Assembly: GCA_902461735.1 (NCBI GenBank)
Contig: CABPYV010000007.1
Location: 96,471-160,470, forward strand
Origin: an uncultured Coprococcus sp.
GTDB taxonomy: Bacteria; Bacillota; Clostridia; Lachnospirales; Lachnospiraceae
Reading direction: 5' to 3'
Length of the DNA: 64,000 bases
The stretch's first letter is position 1, and each line of letters starts with the position of its first letter. A program made the position numbers and the translations under genes. A model generated the notes under the pieces. It had not been told where the DNA came from. It searched no databases and saw only the letters and a program-made list of their open reading frames with translations. Below, in pieces: positions 21,354 through 30,457 of this stretch.

Positions 21354-22199
21354 ATGTCAGAGAATTGTACACATAATTGCAGCACCTGTGGACAGAGCTG
21401 TTCTAACAGAACAGAGCCACAGAGTCTTATCATAAACGCACATCCAGGATCACATATAAAGCACATAATTGCTGTTGTGAGTGGTAAGGGTGGTGTCGGC
21501 AAATCATCAGTAACATGTCAGCTGGCCGTACTTATGCAGCGCATGGGATTTAAAACAGCGATACTTGACGCTGATATAACCGGTCCTTCCATACCTAAAG
21601 CATTTGGAGTACATAAAATGCCTGAGGGAGAAGGTGACTTTCTCTACCCTGATGAGACAAAAACAGGAATAAAGATCATGTCAGTCAACCTTCTTTTGGA
21701 CGACGAAACCACCCCTGTTCTCTGGAGAGGTCCTATCATAGCCGGCACAGTGAAGCAATTTTATTCAGATATTATATGGGGAGATATCGACTATATGTTT
21801 ATAGACTGTCCTCCCGGAACTGGCGATGTACCTCTTACCATATTCCAGTCCATTCCAATAGATGGAGTTGTTGTTGTGACAACCCCACAGGACCTTGTAT
21901 CAGTCATTGTTGGCAAAGCAGTCCATATGGCGGACAGTATGAATATACCCGTCATAGGAATGATTGAAAATATGTCCTACTTCGAATGCCCGGACTGTGG
22001 CAACAAACACTATATATTTGGAAAGAGCCGACTTGAGGAAGTCATGAAAGAATTGTATATCGGAAATGCCATAAGACTTCCAATAAACCCACAGCTTGCC
22101 GAACTTATGGATCACGGACACATTGAAGATATGCAGGGAAATGCTGATCTTCAGGAGATGGCCGAACTCATAAGCACATACAATCCGGATAACCTGTAA
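21354..22199 (+). CDS. apbC: Mrp/NBP35-family Fe-S cluster carrier ATPase (ApbC). Start at MSENC, which has the better RBS.
   Basis: N-terminal CxxC cluster, P-loop GKGGVGKSS, and a CPDCGN Cys pair. Confidence 0.85.
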   Translation: MSENCTHNCSTCGQSCSNRTEPQSLIINAHPGSHIKHIIAVVSGKGGVGKSSVTCQLAVLMQRMGFKTAILDADITGPSIPKAFGVHKMPEGEGDFLYPDETKTGIKIMSVNLLLDDETTPVLWRGPIIAGTVKQFYSDIIWGDIDYMFIDCPPGTGDVPLTIFQSIPIDGVVVVTTPQDLVSVIVGKAVHMADSMNIPVIGMIENMSYFECPDCGNKHYIFGKSRLEEVMKELYIGNAIRLPINPQLAELMDHGHIEDMQGNADLQEMAELISTYNPDNL

Positions 22200-22253
22200 A
22201 TCAATTTATATGTATGATCATACATTTGAACTTATAACTGTTATGGAGAATAT

Positions 22254-23168
22254 ATGAATCTAGAAAATTTGCTTGAGAAATGCATATTATGTCCAAGAAA
22301 ATGTGGAGTCAACAGACTAAAAGGCATCACAGGAGCATGTCATACTTCTGATAAAGTAAAAGTATCTCGTGCTGCACTTCATATGTGGGAGGAACCATGT
22401 ATATCAGGAGAAAATGGTTCTGGTGCCATATTCTTCTCTGGCTGTGCACTAGGATGCTGTTTCTGCCAGAACAAAGACATATCACGTGGAAAAGCAGGAA
22501 AAGAGATATCTATAGAAAGACTGTGCAACATTTTTTTTGAACTTATGGACAAGGGTGCCAACAATATCAATCTTGTGACTCCCGATCATTACATTCCTCA
22601 GATAATAGCTGCTATAGACATGGCTCACTCCCGCAACTTTCCTCTTCCATTTGTATATAACTGCAGTGGATATGAAACAACCGAGATGATAAAGATGCTG
22701 GATGGCTACATAGATGTATACCTGCCGGATTTTAAGTTCATGTCAGCTGATGTCGCATCGAGATATTGTAAAACCCCTGATTATTCATCATACGCAAAGC
22801 AGGCCATCGCTGAGATGGTCAGACAATGCGGAGGCATAAAGACCAGATTTAATCAGGATGGAATTATGCAGAAAGGTGTAATTGTCAGGCATCTACAGCT
22901 TCCAGATCATATAGACGATTCCAAATCTATAATAACATACCTATATAACACTTACGGCGACGATATCTATATAAGTATAATGAATCAATATACTCCTATG
23001 AAGGGTATAGAGAATAAATATCCGGAGCTTGGACGCAAGCTCACCCCCAGAGAATATGATGAGCTGGTCGACTATGCGATCGACATAGGTGTTGAAAATG
23101 GATTCATACAAGAGGGTGATACGGCAAGCGAAAGCTTTATTCCAGCTTTCGACAATGAAGGTGTATAA
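22254..23168 (+). CDS. Radical SAM protein, PflX-like (COG1313 type).
   Basis: CALGCCFCQN fits CX3CX2C. The N-terminal CxxC motif and the rest of the sequence resemble the pyruvate formate-lyase activase-related family. Confidence 0.65.
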   Translation: MNLENLLEKCILCPRKCGVNRLKGITGACHTSDKVKVSRAALHMWEEPCISGENGSGAIFFSGCALGCCFCQNKDISRGKAGKEISIERLCNIFFELMDKGANNINLVTPDHYIPQIIAAIDMAHSRNFPLPFVYNCSGYETTEMIKMLDGYIDVYLPDFKFMSADVASRYCKTPDYSSYAKQAIAEMVRQCGGIKTRFNQDGIMQKGVIVRHLQLPDHIDDSKSIITYLYNTYGDDIYISIMNQYTPMKGIENKYPELGRKLTPREYDELVDYAIDIGVENGFIQEGDTASESFIPAFDNEGV

Positions 23169-23406
23169 TATCTAAATGCTGTATAACATCTAAAAACTGT
23201 ATGGTATCCAAAAGCTGTATAATATCTAAAGTATATTATATTAGTCAAATCACCACTAAATAAATCAAAACGAGATATCAGATTGAACAACTTATAATCC
23301 GGTATCTCGTTTTTTAATGTATATTTATCGTTTTTAAATGCATATTTAAATCTATTACGCAAAAAATGGATCAGCCACAACTTATTGTAGTCAATCCATC
23401 TTGAAG

Positions 23407-23479
23407 TGGGCCGCCGGGGGCTCGAACCCCGCACACCCTGATTAAGAGTCAGGTGCTCTACCAAATGAGCTAGCGGCCC
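23407..23479 (-). tRNA. tRNA-Lys (anticodon CTT).
   Basis: Manual cloverleaf: acceptor GGGCCGC/GCGGCCC, anticodon loop CT-CTT-AA, T-loop GGTTCGAGCCC. No encoded CCA. Confidence 0.85.
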
Positions 23480-23657
23480 GTATTTATTATATTGTGTCCG
23501 TCACAACAAAATATAATATACTATATTCTTATAAATAATGCAAGCATTTTTTTAACAAAATGCATTCAAATTTATAACCCTCCGATTTATAACAAAACGC
23601 ATTCAAATCAGAAAAAATGGACCAGCCGCAATTTATTGCAGTCAATCCATCTTGAAG

Positions 23658-23730
23658 TGGGCCGCCGGGGGCTCGAACCCCGCACACCCTGATTAAGAGT
23701 CAGGTGCTCTACCAAATGAGCTAGCGGCCC
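23658..23730 (-). tRNA. tRNA-Lys (anticodon CTT), identical second copy.
   Basis: Identical 73-nt sequence; part of a ~250-bp tandemly duplicated unit. Confidence 0.85.
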
Positions 23731-23986
23731 GTGTTATTATGTTGTGTTCGCCACAACAGGTTAGAGTATACATTAGTTTATATGATATTGCAAGCACTTT
23801 TTAAAAATTTTTTTATTTTTGATTGTAGGCTTTTTGATTTTTAATTTTTTTGATTTTTGATTTTATACTATCACCCGAATATAATTTGAATATCAATTTT
23901 CCATATGTTATTATTATAAGGTATGACTTTTTCAACAATAACAGGATTTTACCGATTTAAAATTGATATAAATATGGAGAAACACT

Positions 23987-24631
23987 ATGAGACTCAGGAA
24001 TGTAAAAGGATCAAGAGAAACTATAGCTGCAAATGATTATGTAATACATGATGAAACTGCCATGAAGGGACACTGGCATGAATTATTTAACAACAATAAC
24101 CCTATTCACATTGAAATAGGTATGGGCAAAGGTCAGTTTATCATGGAACTTGCCAGACGTAACCCAGATATAAATTATATAGGTATAGAAAAATACTCAA
24201 GTGTCCTTGTACGCGCTCTCGAAAAAAGACAGCAGGAGCCTGAAATGACGAATCTCTTCTTTATTAGAATGGATGCAGAATATATAACAGATGTATTTGA
24301 CAAAGATGAGGTTGATCGAATATATCTGAATTTCTCTGATCCATGGCCAAAGGACAGACACGCCAAAAGGAGACTTACCTCTACTCATTTTCTCGGGCTA
24401 TACGACCAGCTTCTGACACCTGAGGGAAGAATCATTTTTAAAACCGACAACAGAGCTCTTTTCGACTTCTCCCTTGAACAGGTACCAGAAGCCGGCTGGA
24501 CTCTCGAGAATTTCACCTACGATCTCCATAATTCTGAATACAACGAAGGTAATATCATGACAGAATATGAAACCAAATTTTCAGCCATGGGAACCCCTAT
24601 AAACAGACTCGTTGCGTACAGAAACAAATAA
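23987..24631 (+). CDS. trmB: tRNA (guanine46-N7)-methyltransferase.
   Basis: 214-aa ORF. HIEIGMGKGQF, YIGIE and FSDPWPK(D)RHAKRRL motifs. Confidence 0.9.
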   Translation: MRLRNVKGSRETIAANDYVIHDETAMKGHWHELFNNNNPIHIEIGMGKGQFIMELARRNPDINYIGIEKYSSVLVRALEKRQQEPEMTNLFFIRMDAEYITDVFDKDEVDRIYLNFSDPWPKDRHAKRRLTSTHFLGLYDQLLTPEGRIIFKTDNRALFDFSLEQVPEAGWTLENFTYDLHNSEYNEGNIMTEYETKFSAMGTPINRLVAYRNK

Positions 24632-24714
24632 CCACTTGTTGACACACTGATTTTGGTATACTAGAATAAAAAATTATACATATATAGAAAGTAATACTAA
24701 GAAAGGAGTATATC

Positions 24715-25857
24715 ATGGACAACACATCTATTGAAAGTCTGAAAACCGTTCGCAACAACAATCAGGATTTACTTAACTTTTTTAATAATTCATATATAAG
24801 TAAACTAGAACAGGTTCAGTCTCTGAAATCTGAAGAGTTTGAGTTAAAAGCCAAAATTGATCAATTGGTAAAGACTTTGGATGTATACTCCTTTAAGACC
24901 AGTGCAGGACATAACGTTTTTTCACCGTTTTCTGTAAGTGCAACTTCCCAGCAGGAAAAAGCAACTCAGATTGAACTCCAGCTTAAGAAGTTAAAGAAAA
25001 TCCAGTCTGAATTGAAAGCTCAGATAAAGGAAGAGGAAGAAGAAACTGATCTCCTCAAGAAGAGAATAGCCAATCTGTCAACATCAAATAAGCATCTTGA
25101 TGAGTTACTATCTGAGATTACTGAGGAAGTGTCAACTATCAGTAAAGATAGTGATAATACAGAAAATCAGACGGTTATGGATGATGATAGGGCTTATCAC
25201 GGAATCAACATTCTGAAACTTCATCAGTACGAAAAACAGCAGCTAGCTGAAAAGATTCAGACTGACATAACCGAAGTTCTAGATTCCAATTCGCATAAAT
25301 TGGAAGTTCTTTCATGGCTTATCAGGTCTGACATAAACAGGGCAAAGGTTACTCTTGAAGAATTGACAGACTCCACATCCAAACTTGCAGACCAGGTTGA
25401 CGAACTTGCAAATTCACTTGTCAACGAACCAAAGACAGACGAGCCTGTATGGAATACACTGGAACACATTTTTCAAAAATATAAAGATTCACACCCTGAA
25501 TGTGGAGTTTCGTACGATATAAACTGTACTGATTATGCCATGAACATTCCGGACATAGTATCAACACATCTTATACTTATTATAGAAGAGTTAATGAAAA
25601 ATATATTTACACATTCAAGTGCCAATAAAGTGGCTGTCAAAATATATTTGAGTAGTAAGCTTATCGATGTATATATAAATGATAACGGTGTTGGAATTGA
25701 CAGTAATTATTCAGAAACCAGTCCTTGGTACAGTGGTCTTCATAAAATTAGAGAAATCGTCTATCTGCTCGGAGGCACTTTTAAGATCACTAACAACTCT
25801 TCAGACGATTCCGAAGAACCAAATGGAACAAATGTCAGACTGACTATTCCACTGTAA
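24715..25857 (+). CDS. Cytoplasmic coiled-coil protein with a C-terminal GHKL (HATPase_c) domain. It is DegS-like, but the phospho-acceptor His appears to be replaced.
   Basis: C-terminal N-box EELMKNIFTHS, G1 DNGVGID and G2 GLHKIREIVYLLGG. No TM segment. The HisKA_3-like region reads EKQQLAEKIQTDITEVL where DegS has E..R.....IHD. Confidence 0.55.
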   Translation: MDNTSIESLKTVRNNNQDLLNFFNNSYISKLEQVQSLKSEEFELKAKIDQLVKTLDVYSFKTSAGHNVFSPFSVSATSQQEKATQIELQLKKLKKIQSELKAQIKEEEEETDLLKKRIANLSTSNKHLDELLSEITEEVSTISKDSDNTENQTVMDDDRAYHGINILKLHQYEKQQLAEKIQTDITEVLDSNSHKLEVLSWLIRSDINRAKVTLEELTDSTSKLADQVDELANSLVNEPKTDEPVWNTLEHIFQKYKDSHPECGVSYDINCTDYAMNIPDIVSTHLILIIEELMKNIFTHSSANKVAVKIYLSSKLIDVYINDNGVGIDSNYSETSPWYSGLHKIREIVYLLGGTFKITNNSSDDSEEPNGTNVRLTIPL

Positions 25858-25932
25858 AGTTGGATATGTTTACTTTCTCCGATTTAATACATATATACTT
25901 CGTAATCAACAAATAACACATTACAGTGAGCA

Positions 25933-26031
25933 ATGCATTACGATAAACATTGTATTAAGCAAACCATGCATTACGATAAACATTGTATTGAGCAAACCAT
26001 GCATTACAATAAACAATACAGTACAGCAAAT
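25933..26031. repeat. Tandem 33-bp direct repeats (atgcattacgataaacattgtatt[a/g]agcaaacc): 2 near-perfect copies plus a degenerate third, about 200 bp upstream of argS.
   Basis: Direct reading. Confidence 0.8.
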
Positions 26032-26223
26032 AATGTATTACTGCAAACAATACAGTATAATAAACAAAATATTACACCGTGTTATATTTATAAATAATAC
26101 GCTACCTTAAGGTTGCCAATACTAACAACCCATATATGATTTTTATCAGCATGTATATAGATATCTCGAGTAGAAATTTTATATAAAATATTTAACATAA
26201 CAAATTATAAAGGAAAAATTATC

Positions 26224-27915
26224 ATGAAAGAAAAAATCGCAGAACTTATTTCAAACAAAGTAGAGGGCGTTGACGTCTCTGATATAATTGCTTCAATAGA
26301 GATTCCTCCACGTCCGGACATGGGTGATTATGCATTTCCATGTTTTAGACTCGCAAAAGTCATGAGAAAAGCTCCAAATATGATTGCTGCAGATATCAAA
26401 GAACAAATTGGTGACGTTGATTTCATTGAAAAAATAGACGTTGCAGGCGCATATCTTAACTTTTATATAAAGAAGGATATTTTCGTAAAATCAATGATAG
26501 AGAAAGCCAACTCAACTGACTTTGGCAGCTCCGACATGGGCAATGGACAGACTATATGCATAGACTATTCATCTCCTAATGTTGCAAAGAATTTCCATGT
26601 AGGCCATCTTAGAACAACTATCATTGGAAATTCCCTATACAAGATATATTCTAAGCTCGGATACAAAGTTGTCAGAATCAACCATCTCGGTGATTGGGGT
26701 ACACAGTTTGGAAAACTCATTGTTGCTTACAAGGCATGGGGATCAAAAGAGGCTGTCGAAAAAGACGGAATTGCAGAACTCATGAAGCTTTATGTCAAAT
26801 TCCACGAGGAGGCAGATAAAAATCCAGAGCTGGTAGACGAAGCAAGAGCTTGGTTTAACAAGATGGAAAACGGAGATGAAGAAGCTCTCAGCATCTGGCA
26901 GTGGTTCAAGGACATAAGCCTTGTTGAATACAAGAGAACTTATAATCTTCTCGGAATGGACTTTGACTATTACCTTGGAGAGAGTTTCTACAGAGATAAA
27001 TGTCAGGCAGTCGTGGACAAGGTAAAGGCTGCTGGTCTTCTCAAAGAAAGCGAAGGTGCAATGATTGTTGATCTTTCTGATTATGATATGGCACCATGTA
27101 TTATTACCAAGAAAGATGGAAGTTCAATATATGCAACTCGTGATCTGGCAGCAATATTCTACAGAAAAGAAACTTATAACTTTTCTAAATGTCTGTATGT
27201 AACCGGTCAGGAACAAAAACTCCACTTTGCACAGGTATTCAAGGTTGTTGAATTACTTGGAAACGACTGGGCTAAGGATCAGCTTGTACACATACCGTAT
27301 GGACTTGTAAGTCTTGAAGGTGCAAAATTATCAACCAGAAGCGGAAATATCATATATGCAGAGGATATTCTCAAAGATGCCATTGCAAAGAGCCTTGAAA
27401 TAATAACAGAAAAGAGTCCAAATCTTCCTAATAAGGATGATGTTGCAAAGAAAGTTGGTGTAGGTGCTGTTCTGTTTAATGATCTATACAACCAGAGAAT
27501 AAAGGATGTATCATTTAGCTGGAATAAGGTTCTCAACTTTGATGGAGAGACCGGACCATATGTTCAGTATACACATGCGAGATGCTGCAGCGTAGTTCGT
27601 ATGGATGAGAATTTCGATCCATCAAAGCCAGTTGACTACAGTCTTATCACAGAGCAGGATGCAATAGAACTCCTCAAGGAGATCAACAGATTCCCAGCCA
27701 TAATAAAGGATGCTGCAGAAAAGTACGAGCCTTCTGTTGTCGCTCGATTCGCTGTAGATGTTGCTCAGGCATTTAATAAATTCTATAATTCAACAAGAAT
27801 AAATGTTGATGATAAGGATCTCAAGAATGCACGTGTAATGCTCACTTATCTTACAAAAAATACTATCTCCAGTGCTCTTGAACTTCTTGGAATCGAAGCA
27901 CCGGAAGCTATGTAA
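26224..27915 (+). CDS. argS: Arginine--tRNA ligase.
   Basis: 563-aa ORF. HIGH-type motif NVAKNFHVGHLRTTIIGNSL and the typical class I ArgS architecture. Confidence 0.93.
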   Translation: MKEKIAELISNKVEGVDVSDIIASIEIPPRPDMGDYAFPCFRLAKVMRKAPNMIAADIKEQIGDVDFIEKIDVAGAYLNFYIKKDIFVKSMIEKANSTDFGSSDMGNGQTICIDYSSPNVAKNFHVGHLRTTIIGNSLYKIYSKLGYKVVRINHLGDWGTQFGKLIVAYKAWGSKEAVEKDGIAELMKLYVKFHEEADKNPELVDEARAWFNKMENGDEEALSIWQWFKDISLVEYKRTYNLLGMDFDYYLGESFYRDKCQAVVDKVKAAGLLKESEGAMIVDLSDYDMAPCIITKKDGSSIYATRDLAAIFYRKETYNFSKCLYVTGQEQKLHFAQVFKVVELLGNDWAKDQLVHIPYGLVSLEGAKLSTRSGNIIYAEDILKDAIAKSLEIITEKSPNLPNKDDVAKKVGVGAVLFNDLYNQRIKDVSFSWNKVLNFDGETGPYVQYTHARCCSVVRMDENFDPSKPVDYSLITEQDAIELLKEINRFPAIIKDAAEKYEPSVVARFAVDVAQAFNKFYNSTRINVDDKDLKNARVMLTYLTKNTISSALELLGIEAPEAM

Positions 27916-27940
27916 TATATAATTATATATTCTATTATAA

Positions 27941-27990
27941 AACAGGAAACAATAGTTATTTAGAGTTACCACTATTGTTTCCTGTTTTTA
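27941..27990 (+). terminator. Rho-independent terminator after argS.
   Basis: AAACAGGAAACAATAG...CTATTGTTTCCTGTTTTT hairpin plus T-run. Confidence 0.8.
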
Positions 27991-28029
27991 GTTTGCAACC
28001 ACAACTCCTGCAAAGCAATATTTCTCGAA

Positions 28030-28200
28030 TCTTCTTTTCTTATTTATTTTCATATTTTTTTTCTTTCTTTTCTTATTTATTTTTCTTGTTTTTTTCTTGA
28101 TTCTTATTTTCTTGGTTTTATTTTTCTCGCTTCTTTTTCTTACCTCTTTTTTCTTGGTGCTTTTTTCTTAGTTTTCATTTTTTGCTTTTTTTTTCTGTTT
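28030..28200. repeat. Phased oligo-T / TTTTTCTTG tracts with ~11-13 bp periodicity (polypyrimidine on the + strand); likely intrinsically curved DNA.
   Basis: Direct reading: at least 7 TTTTTCTT(G/A) motifs at ~13-bp spacing. Confidence 0.6.
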
Positions 28201-28361
28201 GCTCTTTTATATATTTTTGAAATATTTCATCAGTAATATTACCAATTATCTCTCTTAAATCAGCTCTAGTTCTGCCATACAATACTTTGTTCTATATTTT
28301 TGGGTATATTTTTGGATATTTTGGAATAAAAATTATCCGGTATTGTTATTTTTATTTAAAA

Positions 28362-28377
28362 TGTTTCACGTGAAACA
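28362..28377. promoter_or_regulatory. parS centromere site TGTTTCACGTGAAACA (perfect consensus 16-mer).
   Basis: Exact match to the Spo0J/ParB parS consensus. Confidence 0.9.
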
Positions 28378-28379
28378 TT

Positions 28380-29160
28380 CTATTGATATATTAATATTAT
28401 ACTCAAGCTTACCTCCACGTGTCTGTCTTAGACGTATTATCCTTTCTTCAGCGTATCAGTCTTTTTTGGCGTGTTTTTTTTCAGCGTGTATTCTTTCAGC
28501 GTATCTTCATTCAGCGTGTATTTTTCCTTAATGTGTAATTTCTTTCTCAACGTATCTTTTCCGCTTCGATGTGTTATTTTTTCGAACATGTCATTATTTC
28601 TCTGGCATATCAGCCTTTCTTTGGCGTGTTTTTCTTTCTACAATGCGTAATTTTTCCCTCGGAGCGTCTTTTTCCCTTAGATGTGTATTTTTTCTCAAAC
28701 GTGTCATCCTTTCTCTGGTGTATTATTCTTTCTTCAACATATCTTATCAGCACATAATTCTTTTTTCTCCGTGTTTCTCATTCTCCGACGTGTCTTTCTT
28801 TCTCCACCGTGTCATTCTTTCTCTAGAATATCATTCTTTCTTTGACATGTTATTCTTTCTCAATCGTATCATTTGTTCTCCGGTGTATTATTCTTTCTTC
28901 AACATATTTTTTTCAGCATATAATTCTTTTTTCTGCGTGTTTCTCATTCTCCAGCGTGTCTTTCTTTCTCCACCGTGTCATTCTTTCTCTAGAATATCAT
29001 TCTTTCTTTGACATGTTATTCTTTCTCAATCGTATCATCCGTTCTTCGACGTGTTTTTCTTTCTTCGTTTTGTCATATTTTCTTTGGTTTGTCATATTTT
29101 CCTCAACGTGTAATTTTTCTCCGGCATATCATTCTTCTTATGTATGCTGTTTCTTCTATT
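28380..29160. repeat. Array of ~40 contiguous degenerate ~19-bp direct repeats (approximate consensus nCGTGTnaTTCTTTCTCn). Pyrimidine-rich on the + strand. It includes a ~130-bp higher-order duplication (28741-28870 vs 28901-29030, about 95% identical). Non-coding.
   Basis: Direct reading. The units are contiguous with no unique spacers. ORFs in the region are low-complexity and occur in all three frames. Confidence 0.8.
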
Positions 29161-29566
29161 ATACTAGTATTATACTCAGTTCATCCCATACGACTTTATA
29201 CGTTATCAGCAGCCTCTCAAATAAAATACAAAAGAATAACTTATGTATAAATTATCAACAAACTTACTGTCATATTATTTCTAGTCATTTTTTTATTTTA
29301 ATACAATACCAAATATTATTTTTTTATTCATGTAGAATTAACCAATCATAAGTGCTATAATAGACAAGCATTATTTAATGATATGATTTTATAGTTGTTA
29401 TTCATTGTAAATGATCATTGGTTATCAATCATAAAAGATAAATGTGAATGATTTTCAGTTTTTATAATGTGTATTTGTAATAAATTTATGCAAATGAAAT
29501 TTGCGATGAAATATACAAAGAATAAGAGCTATTCAATAGAACTTGCATTTTTTTCAATGAATATGA

Positions 29567-29582
29567 TGTTTCACGTGAAACA
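29567..29582. promoter_or_regulatory. parS site TGTTTCACGTGAAACA, 52 bp upstream of parA.
   Basis: Exact consensus match. Confidence 0.9.
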
Positions 29583-29633
29583 TTTCCTAAATCGCGCGGA
29601 AAACATCTTTTTTTCACTAAAAAAGGAGTAAAA

Positions 29634-30404
29634 ATGGGCAGAATAATAGCAATCGCAAATCAGAAAGGCGGTGTGGGCAAAACCACAACTGCTATTAACC
29701 TGGCAGCATGCCTTGCAGCAAAAGGGAAAAAAGTTCTGGCCGTTGATATGGATCCACAGGGAAATATGACTAGTGGTCTTGGCATAGATAGAGACTCTCT
29801 TGAATACACAGTATATGATATGTTGCGAAATGAATGCAACATAGGTGAGTGTATGCTTATAAATGTATATCCAGGTTTAAATCTTTTACCTGCTAACAGA
29901 GAACTGGCAGGTGCAGAGGTAGAATTTGTTGGCATGTCAGATATGCAGCATATTTTGAAAACCCATATCAGAAAGGTCAAAAATAAATTTGATTACATTA
30001 TTATAGATTGTCCTCCGGCACTTGGAATGCTTACTGTAAATGCTTTGACTGCAGCCAATACGGTGCTAGTTCCAATTCAATGTGAATTTTTCGCATTGGA
30101 TGGATTATCACAGCTTGTATACACAATAGAACTTATAAGAAAAAATCTGAACAAATTGCTTACAATTGAAGGCGTTGTATTTACGATGTTTGATTCAAGA
30201 ACAAATTTATCAGTTCAAGTAGTTGAAAATGTTCGTGAAAACCTTAACCAGCACATATATAATACAGTTATTCCAAGAAATGTACGTTTAGCAGAGGCCC
30301 CAAGTTATGGAATGCCAATTATCGAATATGATCCTAAATCCGCTGGAGCTGAACACTATATGATGTTGGCTGATGAAGTTATAGAAAACGACTATTATAG
30401 ATAA
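29634..30404 (+). CDS. parA: Chromosome partitioning ATPase ParA/Soj.
   Basis: Deviant Walker A KGGVGKTTTAINLAA. 256 aa. AAGGAG RBS. Confidence 0.93.
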   Translation: MGRIIAIANQKGGVGKTTTAINLAACLAAKGKKVLAVDMDPQGNMTSGLGIDRDSLEYTVYDMLRNECNIGECMLINVYPGLNLLPANRELAGAEVEFVGMSDMQHILKTHIRKVKNKFDYIIIDCPPALGMLTVNALTAANTVLVPIQCEFFALDGLSQLVYTIELIRKNLNKLLTIEGVVFTMFDSRTNLSVQVVENVRENLNQHIYNTVIPRNVRLAEAPSYGMPIIEYDPKSAGAEHYMMLADEVIENDYYR

Positions 30405-30419
30405 AAGAATTATTCTAAA

Positions 30420-30435
30420 TGTTTCACGTGAAACA
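30420..30435. promoter_or_regulatory. parS site TGTTTCACGTGAAACA in the parA-parB junction.
   Basis: Exact consensus match. It overlaps the ORF-track start of parB, so the parB start was moved downstream. Confidence 0.9.
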
Positions 30436-30457
30436 TTTTAGAAAAATGGAGGAGAAA

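Noticed and set aside
26030-26223. T-box riboswitch upstream of argS, and also upstream of serS at 31990-32113.
   Set aside because: No AGGGTGGNACCGCG-like T-box sequence or F-box was seen. The serS leader is only ~120 nt, too short for a T-box.
28380-29160. Possible CRISPR array.
   Set aside because: The repeats are contiguous with no unique spacers, the unit is only ~19 bp and degenerate, and there are no cas genes in the window.
28343-29351. Six-frame ORFs 28343..28531, 28569..28757, 28571..29011, 28842..29351 and 29008..29250 as genes.
   Set aside because: They translate to low-complexity F/S/L/C-rich peptides from the pyrimidine-rich strand, occur in all three frames because the 19-bp period is not a multiple of 3, and have no RBS. 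They are artefacts of the repeat array.
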